Assembly (NCBI GenBank): GCA_010093815.1
Contig: ML996568.1
Source: Pseudovirgaria hyperparasitica
Taxonomy: Eukaryota
Reading direction: 5' to 3' (one strand)
DNA: 64,000 nt
A model generated the notes under the pieces. That model was given only the letters and a program-made list of their open reading frames with translations. It was not told the DNA's origin and did no database searches. Of this stretch, positions 26,340 to 39,540 are shown piece after piece. A program made the position numbers and the translations under genes. Positions within the stretch are counted from its first letter, which is position 1, and every line of letters starts with the position of its first letter.

Positions 26340-27780
26340 CTATAAAACGTATGCGCGTGATATAAGCGTGTACTAACTACTAAGCTTTCTTATATAACTA
26401 TAGATAAACGGATATAGCGTACAATCCCTATAGATCTAGAACTAGTACACGCGTATTCTTACCCTAATCTTTCTATCTTAAGTCTTTTCTACTTTTCTAC
26501 TTATCTATAAGTATATAAGGGGATTAAAAGTAGATATAATAGATAATTAGATATATATCTATCTATCTATAAGCTTAGTATATCTTTATAAGGCCGCTTT
26601 AAAGAGATAAAGTTAAAGAACTTAAATCTTTAAATATTCTTAGAAGTTCTTAGAAGAGAGTCTATATAAAAACTATCTTCTTTCTCTTCTCTAAGAGATT
26701 AAACCCTTTTATTATAGACTAAATTAAAGAGTTTAGAGTTCTAAAATTTAGACTATATTATCTTATTATTTACTATAAGTATAAGATAGTAGACTCTATA
26801 TACTAACTATCTATACTAAAAGAACTAAATCTTAAAGCTACTACTTTAAGAGTAGAGTATACTACTTATATATAACTACTATATATATATAGAATTAACT
26901 AGTAGATTATATACTACTTATATATCTAATAATAAGTTTATATAGATACTATAATATATAAACCTCTACTAATATAGAGATAAATTAAAGAGATAAGATA
27001 ACTATTATAGAATAGAGATATAGATATCTATAATAGATATAACTAAGGTATTACTATAATAGTAGATTAAGATATATTATAATTTAACTTTTAAGAAGTA
27101 GAGATAGATCTATATAAGTTACGGCTTAAGTATATAGTTTAAGTAAGATTATATAATACCTCTATTCTAGTTCTATCTATCTTAGCTCTATTATATAATG
27201 TTAAAGATAAGATAAAGCTAAAGTCTATAATAATATCTATATAAGATAGAAAATTCTAAGCTTATTAGATTCTAGAAAAATAATAGATCTTTCTAAAATC
27301 TAATACTCTTAGTATCTATACTTATATATCTAGTACTTCTATCTATATCTATCTAGAGTTCTTTCTATTTCTATACTTTTAACTATATATATAATAATAT
27401 TAGAAGTAGATATAATAGATAATAAGATATATTCTAGTTCTTCTATAAGATTATTATATCTCTATAAAGTTATTTTTTAAAAGAGAAAGAGAGCTTTAAT
27501 TACTAAAAAAATAGAGAAGTTCTTAGAAGATAGTCTACTTATTAAAGCTGTGTTAATACTTACTATATTAAAGGTCTATGAGTCATTATAGCGTTAAGTA
27601 TATCTTAGTTAATTTAATCTCTATATCCTTACTTATACTTTCTCTATAGCTCTATACATTCTATTAAGATATGCGCCGGCGTTATCGTTTATATATACCG
27701 TGCCGCCTCTACTTACAAGTATAGAGATGGCTTAGTACAGGCGTTAAAAGATACTAGTGTCGTAGTCTAAGAGGTCGGCT
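26340..27780. repeat. Unclassified RIP-mutated repeat
   Basis: RIP composition. 26780-26910 is homologous to 34992-35051 plus 35624-35700. No protein family recognised. Confidence 0.6.
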
Positions 27781-28062
27781 TTTACACGCGAATCCTGCTT
27801 CGATTGTGAAATATCCATGTTAACGTTCATGTACATTCTGTGTCTGGTATTGTGTCTCTACAAGCTAGTACATATGAAGTTAGCACTTCCGGCTCCACGG
27901 CCGAGGCTGTCACATGCGCGCGACATGACAGACAGGTGCAATAACGATATGGCGGTAATCCACATGCCAGAATTTGGAAATCTTTCTGGCGTATACCAGT
28001 ATGCGTCCACTGCTTGAAAACTGAGAACTTCGACTGCAGTGCCTTCAAGTCTCTTCCGCATC

Positions 28063-30347
28063 ATGGCGGCTCAGTCGAAACTACACAGCCCATCCATAGC
28101 TACTGAGAGCATGGTCAAGCGCATTATCAGCGAGCTCACAGGACGATATCTCGAGCATCGGACGAAAATAACCCGCGCTGTCTATCTCACACTTTTTATC
28201 ACATTGGTAAACCGCATCCGAAATGCAATAGCAGAGCAAAAAGCTGCCTCTGCACGTGCGGAGGCTAGTAAAAGAGCTGGCACCACAGCAGCAGACAGAG
28301 AAGTCTCGACAAGGAAGAAGGTTGAGCTAAACAGGGAGTTCTTCAAGAACCTCCTAAGACTGCTGCGAATAGTAATTCCTGGATGGAGAAGCAAAGAGCT
28401 AAGACTGCTCATAAGTCATAGTGTGTTTTTGGTACTGCGTACGTTAATCAGTCTATACGTGGCTGAACTCGATGGACGGTTGGTCAGCAGTCTGGTGCGA
28501 GGAAAGGGCAAAGATTTCTTGACCGGACTCGTATGGTGGATGGCTGTCGCAGTTCCAGCGACTTTCACAAACTCTATGGTGAACTACCACAGCCACGTGG
28601 AAGACGCCAAATTCTACTGACACTACCACAGCTCTCCTACCATCAATGCAAGCTCTCCTTACAGTACCGCACCCGCCTCACACATCACATCCACTCCAAA
28701 TACCTCTCGAACATGACCTTTTACACTCTTTCGGCCCTTGACGATCGAATAAAGAATGCCGATCAACTTATAACAGTCGATGTTGCCAAATTTTCAAACA
28801 GCTTGGCAGAGCTATACTCCAATCTTGCAAAGCCGGTACTAGACATGGTGGTCTATAACTACTCGCTTTCAAGAAGCGTGGGAGGAGAAGGATTGTTCTT
28901 TATGGGCATGCTCGTGCAATTATCAGCAGGCGTCATGCGCGCTCTGACACCGCCTTTCGGAAAATATGTTGCCGATGAAGCAATACTAGAGGGAGAGTTT
29001 CGCTTCCAGCATTCAAGGCTGATAGACTATAGCGAGGAGGTTGCTTTGTATGCAGGACATGAGGCTGAGAAAGACACGTTGGACAAGGGCTATTTCACTC
29101 TTATCAAGCACGTTAATAGGATCCTGCGGCGGCGATTCTACCACGGCTTTATGGAGGATTTCGTCATAAAGTACTTCTGGGGTGCACTTGGGCTCTTGCT
29201 TTGCAGTGTTCCCGTCTTCTTCAAGATTCCAGGTGTTCAAGGCGAGAGCATAGGTGATAGGACAGAAAGTGTGTACCAAACGTTTGACACAGACAACGGC
29301 AGCTGATAGAGTCTAGGCTTTGTAACAAACAGACGCATGCTGCTCATGTCTTCCGATGCATTCGGTCGCGTTATGTTCTCATATAAAGAGATCACCGAGC
29401 TTGCTGGTTACACATCTCGCGTGGCCACACTCCTCGATGTTATTGATGACATTCAAGCTGGACATTTTGAGAAAAAGCTTGTATCGTCAGCTAGCTCTCT
29501 GGAGAGTGCAACAGTTCTCGGCGGCCGTGGAGTAGTAACAGAAGGGTCAGACATCGAGTTCATTGATGTACCTATTGTCTCGCCCAACGGCGACATCCTC
29601 GTCCGAGCACTTAGCTTCACGGTCAAGCCTGGTGAGCATCTTCTCATTGTTGGGCCAAACGGGTGCGGCAAGTCGTCTCTTTTCCGTATCCTTGGCGGCC
29701 TATGGCCTGTGTACGGCGGCAAGGTTCGCAAACCCCCATTCGAAGATATTTTTTACATCCCTCAGCGCCCATACCTTTCTCGTGGCTCTCTCCGCCAGCA
29801 AATCACTTACCCAGATGGCTTACGCGAGATGCGCGACAAAGGCATCACTGACGATGACCTCTTCCGCGTCCTCACTGTGGTCGAGATCCAACACATTGTC
29901 GACCGACCTGGAGGCTGGGATGCTGAGCAGGAGTGGGCTGATGTACTGTCCGGAGGCTTGCAGCAACGTGTCGCTATGGCACGACTCTTCTATCATGCGC
30001 CCCGTTACGCAATATTAGATGAATGTACAAGCAGCGTGACGCTGGAGATTGAGCGTGTGATGTACGACGAGGCGAAAAGACTAGGAATTACGCTCATGAC
30101 TGTAAGCCATCGCAGGAGTTTGTGGAAGTACCATGAGAAAATACTGCAGTTTGATGGGCAGGGAAAGTATATCTTTACGAAACTAGATGCAGAAAGGAGA
30201 TTGCGACTAGAAGAGTACGTACATGCCGCCCTACACGCGCGATCCATAAAATGCTAACTTGAGCGTAGCGAAAAAGAAGAGCTCGATCTCCAGCTTCGCG
30301 CGATTCCTGACATTGAGGCTCGAATCACCGAATTGACCGCACAGTGA
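28063..30347 (+). CDS. PXA2: Peroxisomal ABCD half-transporter (long-chain fatty acid import, Pxa2-like); 4 exons
   Basis: Starts MAAQSKL. Has the ABC_membrane_2 [12 protein letters not shown] motif, Walker [10 protein letters not shown], signature LSGGLQQR and ILDECTSSV. Introns at ~28579-28631, 29269-29316 and 30215-30268. The PXA2 versus PXA1 assignment is from recall, not from a search. Confidence 0.93.
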
Positions 30348-31030
30348 ATGTCCGGTTTAGAGCTTGATAAGATAGGCTATGTACTTGTAGGCGAATCAAC
30401 GTCAGGGCCTTCGGAATGTAACGCATTTGTTGGTATTATGTGGCTGCATGTGATCACACACGTCACAGGCATCCAACAGGAATATAAACGAATCTATATG
30501 TGAGTTGGGTATAGTCACGTGACTACCTATGTACAACTCTATGGCTTTGAAGGTCGGCTTGATAATGCGTTTGAGGGTTAATTTCCATGAGCTATGATAG
30601 ACCGGGAGGGGACATTCAATCTAATGTTGGCATGATATCATACGACGAGTAGCGACTGCGAAAGACGATTTTGATGTTTGTTTGACTTCGCTCCCTTCCT
30701 ATTGGATGTTTGTCGAGAGAGATATTGGTGTAGACGGATGGTCTGCGTCATTATTATCATTACAGCGCAATAGAACCTTTGCACCAAGCTGTTGCACTCC
30801 GTTCCCGATGTAGCATAGCAGTGCAACATCCACTTCTCCGCTCACTGCCGATCTTCGATGTGCATCATGAGCCAGGCTAGACAGGGAATCTTCCTGGTTC
30901 AACGATGATTGAGGGGTCGACTAATATATCGCCTTCACCCTCTGTGCCGTACTGATATAGCTCTGCTCCTACAATTTGCGAACGTAGCTATCGCCTACAA
31001 GGAAACAAGGCACAAGGTCCCGATTGTGAA

Positions 31031-34000
31031 ATGAATATGCATGCAAACAGGAGGAACACAGCTCGAGCAGTGCTCAGCACAGCGTTGATAGCTTCGCAGG
31101 CCGTGCCAGGCTTTGCGAATCATGTTATCGACCTGTCTGGTGATGGCTGGACACTATCAAGCACGAATTCGAGCATCTCAGTACCTGCCAAATTACCTGG
31201 ACAGGCGCACTTGGATCTATATGCTGCACAAGTGATTGGCGACCCATACTACGGTCTAAACGACTTTAACCTACGTTGGATAGCATGGAGTAATTGGACC
31301 TATACCTCTGATCCAATACAAGGCTTGTAAGCGACTTCGTGAATCACTTCTCGCTCGTTGATCCTGACAAAGACCAGACAAGGCAATGCCAGCTCGACAT
31401 GGCTTCGCTTCGACGGACTTGATACGTTCACAAGCATATCATTCTGCAACGAACACGTTGCAGCAACTAACAACCAGTTTCGCCAGTATTGGTTTGATGT
31501 CTCAGATATACTTCAGGCCTGTACGGATCAACATCCGGTACTCAGCATCGAGTTTGGTTCTGCTCCGAATATCATCAACGCAATTGCCACAAAACCTGAC
31601 CAAAGAACATGGCCTGATGGTATCCAGATACCTTTCGAGTTCGACAACCGTCAGTGGGTGCGTAAAGAAGGTTCTGATTTTGGCTGGGTGAGACTGTTCG
31701 ACACATATGGTTAACTATATCTGACCCGCTGTTCAAGGATTGGGGTCCAGCTTTTGCTCCTGCTGGTCCCTGGAAGCCAGTGAGTTCTCGTCTCCTTTCA
31801 ATCCCCAGTATAATCATAGCGGGAGACAGATGAATTTACCTCCCAAGTGTTGCAAAACAAAGCTTTGGCTAGATAAGCTTCGGTGTGATCATAGATCCGG
31901 CACCGCAGAACTAACGGACTGATCCAGGTCTATGTGGTGCAGCTTGAACAGCAAGACGTTCATGTACGGAATTCTGTGGTCGACATTTACCGTAAAGGCC
32001 AGTTGAACAACCTCCCACCTGACCAAACGCAGCCATGGGTGCTCAATGCAAGCATGGACTTCTTTGGTACATTACCGGAGGGCGTAAGCTTTGTGTACAC
32101 ACTCTTGGATGCCGAAAGAAATGAACTCGCCCAGGGCGAACTAGAGAACGTCAATACTACCAATGTATCAATCACAGGCAGCACAATCATTCCAAGTGAT
32201 ATGGTTGAGCTATGGTGGCCTGTCGGACTTGGGAAGCAGAGCCTCTACCACATCATTGTTGATGTCCTGAAGGAGAGCGTCTCTTTTGCCTCTATCGAGA
32301 AACGAGTGGGTTTCCGCACCATTATAGTAAACTCCGGTCCTATTCGCACGGATCAATTAGCTCGGGGAATTGCGCCTGGAGACAATTGGCACTTCGAGGT
32401 CAACGGGCATGAGTTCTACGCGAAAGGCTCGAACTTCATTCCGCCAGACACTTTCTGGACTCGTGTCGACAAAGACCGGATCAGTCAGCTATTCGACTCT
32501 GTTGTTGATGGACGACAGAACATGCTCAGAGTGTGGTCAACAGGTGCGTATTCTCCTGATTTCATGTACGATCTGGCGGACGAATATGGTATCCTTCTTT
32601 GGAGGTAAGTGGTGAATCGAGCATATAGTTGTGTCAGGTCTGATGAAGACAGTGAATTTGAATTTGGAGATGCCATGTATCCAGTCGACCCAGACTTCCT
32701 TAACAACGTTCGAGAAGAAGCTGTATATCAAGTTCGCCGTGTCAACCACCATCGTAAGTGTTTGTATAGCACTTTGCTAAACTCCGTATTGACCAATTAT
32801 AGCGTCATTAGCCTTCTGGGCCGGAGGTAACGAAATGGAGAATCTCATCCTGTTCAACTATGTTGCCAAATCCGCTCCTAACAAACTAGATTTCTATATT
32901 GGAGAATATGAGGCACTGTTTCTAAATGTTCTTACGCCCGCAGTGTTTGAAAATTCCAAGAGCATATCCTACCAACCTTCGAGCACCAGTAACGGGTACC
33001 TGAAACTTGACCATAGCCGAGCTGTGCCCATTGTACCACGCTACATGAATCTCACCGAGGGATCCATATACGGCGAGACAGATTACTACAACTATGATAG
33101 CACTCAGTCCTTTAATGTGTCAGGATACCCCGTCGGCCGGTTTTCCAATGAGTTTGGCTTCCATTCCATGCCGTCGATACAATCCTGGAGACAAGCGGTG
33201 CACCCGAATGATTTGCATTTCAACTCTTCTGTAATAATGCTACGCGACCATCATCCTCCGTCTGGCAGCCTGAATACATCAAACTTTGACAAGGCCGCAA
33301 TAGGACAGGGTCAAATGACCATGGCTGTTGAGAACTGGTACCCCATCCCGAAAAAAGTGACCCAATAGCAAACTTTACATCTTGGATCTATGCGACACAA
33401 ATCTTCCAAGCAGACTTCTACAAGAGTCAGATCCAGCACTATAGAAGAGGCAGTGGTATGCCGGAAAGGCAGCTCGGTTGTCTTTATTGGCAACTTGAAG
33501 ACCAGTGGCAAGCGCCTACATGGGCTGGAATAGAATATGATGGGAGATGGAAAGTTCTGCATGCATGTTTACTCAAAATTGACTATGTTTAGCAGCTAAC
33601 TTTACCAGTACACTGCCAAAGATATATATAAGAACGTCATCATCGCTCCGCATCAAAATGATTCGACGGACGATCAACTCGAAGTCTACGTGACCTCCGA
33701 TTTGTGGTCTTCAACGACCGGAAGGGTTAACATGACCTGGTACGATTGGTCCGGGATTCCGCAGAACATCCCAACTGCAACATCAATCGATGTCACCGTT
33801 GACCCGCTGAATACGTCGCGTGTGTATCAGACCAGTCTAGACAGCAGTCTCTCTGGACACGATAGAAACAATCTTGTTCTTATCATGGATGTTACTACAG
33901 AAGGAAAGCTTCCGAATGACGAGACTGCGCAGACTTTCAACCATCGTAATTGGTACCATCCAACTCCACTCAAGGATGCAAGATTAGTCGATCCAGGACT

Positions 34001-34238
34001 GAAGGTCACGCACAACGATGAGACGAAGAAGTTTACCGTCGAGGCCACGACTGGTGTGGCAGTCTGGACATGGCTTGACTATCCGGAAGGTGTCGTGGCC
34101 ACATTTGACGACAACGCATTTGTGTTGAGGAAAGGCGAGACGAGGGAGGTTGGGTATCGGGTTAAGAAAGACACGACTAGTGGTAATTGGATTGAGGGCG
34201 TCAAAGTGGGGAGTCTGTGGGACAATACCACGCCTTGA
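31031..34238 (+). CDS. Secreted GH2 beta-mannosidase (MndA-like), multi-exon, with an apparent 1-bp frameshift at ~33351-33356
   Basis: Signal peptide, then [51 protein letters not shown] and [27 protein letters not shown]. Introns at ~31327-31377, 31688-31737, 31780-31927, 32605-32652, 32754-32802 and 33563-33608. Confidence 0.92.
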
Positions 34239-34935
34239 TATCCTTGGTACCAACACTACTCATTCGGTTGATATGCCTCGTATTAGTCGTATGCAGGATA
34301 ACTGAGGGGTAATACACCCCTTCACACATATCGTCAATCGCAGCCACTTTATTCGGAACTGATTTCCTGGTCAAAGACTCTCTGACTTCTGGTAGTCCTC
34401 GAGTGTAGCTCATGTTTAGTTTGCCTCACAATTCTCTCCCTGCCAGCAGACACAACGGTATGAATGAAGCTAATGTCCTCATATAGGTCGTTTAAAGTTT
34501 TGTCAGTGACCTAAGTACCCGTTATGGCGTCCTGGAACTATAGGTACTTTATCGGACACGTATACTTGATAGATTTGTGTCGGGGGTCGTGCGCCATGCA
34601 TTCAGATTACTTATCGGACGGTCCACCACCAATATGATTCGTCTTAGTTTATGTAGATGATAAATTGGATATGTCTCTGACCTCTAGCAGTACCGCTCTT
34701 CTGTATTGTGGATTTCAACAAGTGATTCCGAGTGCCTCTATGCTCGGCATCAAGGCGATCACAACAAACTCATAGCTGACTGGGCTTATACCACTACGGC
34801 TTTCTTGTTACTATATCACCTTATCAGCGCGAAAAGGTATCACTATGCACAACGGCGAGAGCGAGCAACCATGTTACTGGTGGTCCTGCTCACTTTGCGA
34901 GCCCAGTCTTTTCTCTGTCTCATGGAAGAAGACTA

Positions 34936-35860
34936 CTAAATATAGTATTTTATATTCTATATACTAATATTATTATTTAGATATTCTATCTATAAGATAG
35001 TAGACTCTACGTACTAACTATCTATACTAAAAGAATCGAATCTTAAAGCTATGAAAAGGGCAGGTATAAATAGATATATAATATTCCTTATATAAGGAAT
35101 ATATATCTAAATAGAGTTATATAATAGGATCTAGCCGTAATAGACTACTATTATATAATAAACGGATTAGTAGAGTATAGCTTAAAGATAATAAGAATAT
35201 AGTATAATTCTTAAAGTAAAGACTAGATAGAGAGAGAACTAAATATATAGAGAGACCGTTCCTTATATATTCCTCCTTATATATTCTAGATCCTTCTCTC
35301 AATTAATAATAGGAATCTTCTAGACCTCTAGACATACATATACATTCTATAGCTCTAGTAGTTTCCTTAGAATAGAATAGAGTAGAGTAGAACTCTATAG
35401 AACTTATAGACTCTATAGTAGAATCTAATAGAACTCTATAGAAGTTTATATTTCTAAAGACCTTTAGAAGTTTCTAGAGGGTTCTAGAAACTTCTATAAG
35501 AGTATAGAGTATTTATATATATAAGTAGATAATATTAGTAATATTAATTACTAATATTAAGCTATTTCTAATAAGGAAATACCTTATAGAAACTTATTAG
35601 ATATAGTAGAGGTTAAGTTTATAAAAGCTACTACTTTAAGGGTAGAGTATACTACTTATATACGACTACTATATACATATAGAATTAACTAGTAGACTAC
35701 GTATCTAATACTATCTCTCTATCTTAGAGTCTATATATTATAACTCTTATAGAAGAATAAATATATATCTAATTTTCTATATTAAAGTTAATACTATTAA
35801 TTACTAAGGTCTATATGTAAAAGTAGGAAGAGCTCTACATAGAAAGATAGGAGTGAGAAT
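34936..35860. repeat. Small RIP-mutated island between the mannosidase and eIF5B genes
   Basis: AT/TpA-rich. Flanks are homologous to 26780-26910. Contains a solo LTR. Confidence 0.9.
35052..35623. mobile_element. Solo LTR (~572 bp) with target-site duplication
   Basis: Starts TGAAAAGGG and ends GTTTATA (GTTTACA in the copy at 10092). AAAGCTA is duplicated at 35045-35051 and 35624-35630. The uninterrupted site is visible at 26831-26844. Confidence 0.85.
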
Positions 35861-36206
35861 ACAGACGTGCACGAGTGCCAAGCTCGTCAGGGTCTAGGAA
35901 AACGACGGATCCGGATCGAGTACCGTCTGTGCACAATGACCCCGCCACGCTGCATATTCACTTGCACTCTTAACACCGTGAATTCCACATGTAGTATTGC
36001 GAAGACACGCTGCTCCAGAGGCCATATTTCATACTTGACCGACCTGTTTCCATAATCAAACCTGGCGTTCTCCCTTTGACCTTGACCTCGTCAAACGTAG
36101 CAAACGCGCACGCGAAATACCCCACCTCACCAAAATCCAAGGTTTGCTCCTAAAGGCCAGTGGTAGCCTCGAGCAAGCTATAGAGGTCCAACCCATACTG
36201 ATCACG

Positions 36207-39200
36207 ATGCCTCCTAAGGGGAAGAAGGGTAAGAAAGCCCAGGACGACTGGGAAGCGGACCTCGGCGAGTCCGTTGGGTCCACTGCGCCTGAAGCTCAAG
36301 CTACAAAAGATGAGATACCCGTTGGAGACGACGCTTTCTCTGGTGGTCTTATGGGTCAGATGATGCGCAAGGGAAAGAAGGGCAAAAAAAACAAGCCTCA
36401 GCAAGAAATCGTTGAGGGCGAGGACTCGACAGCAGATGACGCCAAGGGCCTCGGGTTGGCTGCGAAAACACCAGTGGAGGTGAATCCAGACGAGGATGAT
36501 GTGTGGTCAGTTCCGGTGAAGAAACCGCAGCAAGATAAGAAGCCTCAGGTACCAGACGAGGATGAAGATGAGGGCGATGGCACAGGCAGAGTAAAGACCA
36601 AGAAGGAGAAGGAGAAGGAGAAGAAAGAGCGTGAAAAACAGCGGAAAAAAGAACAGGTTGATCTCTTCGTATACAAGTTTAATCACACATCAAATTGACC
36701 GCTTCATAGGCTGCAGCGAAGAAGAAGAGCACACCGGCTCCCGCCGCGAAACCTGAGACAGCGAAACTAGCTCAAGAAGCCAAGAAAGAACCCGCCCCTG
36801 CAAGCAAAGAAACCTCTGCTGCCGCCGGTGGTAAAAAGAAGAAGGTGCCAGCAGCTCTCGCAGCTCTACAAAAGCAACAGGAAGAGCTTAGACTTAGGCA
36901 AGAGGAGGAAGCTCGCTTAGCTGCCGAAGAGAAGGAGCGCTTAGAACAGCTCGACCGAGAAGCTGAGGAGGAAGCAAAACGGAAGGAAGAAGCGAAGCAA
37001 GCCAAGAAGCTAAAGGAGAAGCAAAAGATTGAGCAATTGAAGAAAGAGGGCAAATACATGACTAAGGCTCAAAAGGAGGCACAGGCCAAAGCTGAACTGC
37101 GTCTCAAGCAATTAGTGGAAAGTGGAAATGTCAAAGTCGCAGGTCTCGGAGAAGAGGGCACAGACGGAGCAGATCAAAAGAAGAAGCCCACCTACGATAG
37201 AAAGAGGAAAGGCAAGAAGGGAATCGAGGACAAGAAAGACGCACAGGCTGAGGAAGAAGATGCTCGGAAGAAGATGGAGGAGCTTCGACTCAAGGACGAA
37301 GGTGACAAAGCTGCAGCAGAGAAAGCAGCCAAAGAAGCGGTCGAGACAGAGAAAGCAGAAGCCAGTGACGACCAGGGAGATTGGGAAGACGAAGCTGAGA
37401 AAGACGGTATCAAGGACAGCTGGGATGCTGACTCTGAAGAAGAGATTGAGCAGCCAGTAGCGAATGCAGCTACTACCACCAACGGCAAATCAGCACTGCC
37501 CAGCTCGCAGAGTACAGTGGAGGCCTCAGATTCCGAAGAAAACTCTGAAGAAGATTCTGAAGATGACAGTGATCCTGAAGAAGAAGCCCAGACGAGTGCC
37601 GCAAAGCGTGCGGAGGCTGCTCGCAAGGCCGCTGCCGTCGAGCGAAGACAGAAAGCACGCGAAGAAGCTCTGGCAGCACGTTCAAAAGAGGACCTCCGCT
37701 CTCCTATCTGCTGTATCCTGGGACATGTCGATACTGGTAAGACCAAGCTTTTGGACAAAATTCGACAAACCAACGTCCAAGAGGGCGAAGCTGGCGGTAT
37801 TACACAACAGATAGGTGCTACATACTTCCCAGCCGAAGCCTTGAAGAAAAAGACACAAGTTGTCAATAAAGACAATACATTCGATTTCAGGGTTCCTGGT
37901 CTTTTGGTCATTGACACACCTGGTCACGAGTCTTTTACCAACTTGCGTACCAGAGGGTCTTCTCTCTGCAACATGGCTATTCTGGTTATCGACATTATGC
38001 ACGGTCTCGAGCCACAAACCATCGAATCTTTAAACCTCTTGAAAGCTCGCCGAACGCCTTTCATTGTCGCCCTCAATAAGATAGACAGACTCTACGGCTG
38101 GAACAAGACGGCTGACAATGGCTTCCAAGACAGCCTGAGCAAGCAGAAGAAGGATGTCAAGGCCGAGTTTGCCGATCGTCTTAACAAGGCTAAGATTGCT
38201 CTTGCTGAACAGGGCCTCAACTCTGAACTCTTCTACGAGAATAAGTCGCTATCGAAGTTTGTCTCTATCGTCCCTACATCCGCCCATACTGGTGAAGGTA
38301 TTCCAGATCTACTCAAGCTACTTATCACTCTTACGCAGGACCGCCTTACCAGCAGCCTAATGTATCTCTCTGAGGTTGAGTGCACTGTTTTAGAAGTGAA
38401 AGTTATTGAAGGCCTCGGTACTACTATCGATGTTGTTCTTTCCAATGGTATTCTGCGGGAAGGTGACCGCATTGTGCTTTGTGGTAAAGACGCGCCTATA
38501 GCAACGAATATTCGAGCCCTGTTGACACCTGCTGAAATGAAGGAGCTACGAATAAAATCGCAATACGTGCACAACAAAGAGATCAAGGCTGCCATGGGTA
38601 TCAAAATTGCTGCCGATGGACTCGATGGTGCGATTGCCGGTTCTCGTCTCCTTGTCGTGGGCCCCGACGACGATGAAGATGACCTTATGGATGATGTTTT
38701 AGAAGATCTACGCGGTCTCTCAAATAACATTGCCAAGAACAAGCAAGGTGTCTCTGTGCAAGCGTCTACACTTGGATCCCTCGAGGCTCTACTCGAGTAT
38801 CTCCGCGTTGAAAAAGTGCCCGTAGCCAACATCTCCATTGGCCCCATCTTCAAGCGTGATGTTCTCCCGGCCACAATTATGCTGGAAAAGGCGCCCGAAT
38901 ACGCCATGATACTCGCTTTCGATGTGAAGGTCGACAAGGAAGCACAAGAGTTTGCTGACAAGTATAATATCAAGATCTTCACAGCTGACATCATCTACCA
39001 TCTGTTCGACAATTTCAAGAAGCATATGGATCAGTTTAGGGAAAAGAAGAAGGAAGAATCGAAGCTACATGCTGTCTTTCCATGCAAGTTGAAACCGATT
39101 GCCGTTTTCAACAAAAACAATCCGATCGTTATAGGTGTGGATGTTGAATTAGGTAGTTTGCGTCTGCTGACGCCTGTGTCAATCGTCAAGATTGATCCAG

Positions 39201-39540
39201 CAACCAAAAAAAAGCAAATCATTCCATTGGGTAGGGTGTATGTATCTCAGTATCCCCAATCTTTATGGCCGCCAGCCAGGCTAACATTCATTCTAGCACG
39301 TCCATCCAGCGCGAGCACAAAGACATTCCCATCGCCCTTAAGGGATCTCCATCCGTTGCCGTCAAGATCGAAGGACCCAATCAGCCTATGTACGGTCGAC
39401 ATATCGAGGAGACGGACCCGGTGTACAGTTCCATTAGTCGGCTGAGTATCGACACGCTCAAGGAGTTCTACCGCGATGAGGTCAAGAAGGAAGAATGGGC
39501 TCTACTAAGAGATTTCAAGCCGCTTTTCGATATCTCGTGA
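36207..39540 (+). CDS. FUN12: Eukaryotic translation initiation factor 5B; 3 exons
   Basis: Charged N-terminus [10 protein letters not shown]. GTPase motifs [24 protein letters not shown] and NKID. C-terminal [13 protein letters not shown]. Introns at ~36657-36709 and 39237-39296. Confidence 0.97.

Larger units (their letters stand above)
1..27780. repeat. AT-rich block of RIP-mutated nested transposable elements
   Basis: Strong TpA excess and CpA/TpG depletion. TE protein motifs are recognisable only with TGG->TAG, CAA->TAA and TGC->TAT changes, and there are no long ORFs. Composition switches abruptly to normal at ~27.8 kb. Confidence 0.97.

Noticed and set aside
27817..28064. Small ORFs upstream of the ABC transporter
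   Set aside because: No recognisable motifs. They overlap the promoter/5' UTR on both strands.
37192..38994. Long antisense ORFs (241 and 253 aa) in eIF5B, and similar ones in other genes
   Set aside because: Antisense shadows of codon-biased coding sequence.
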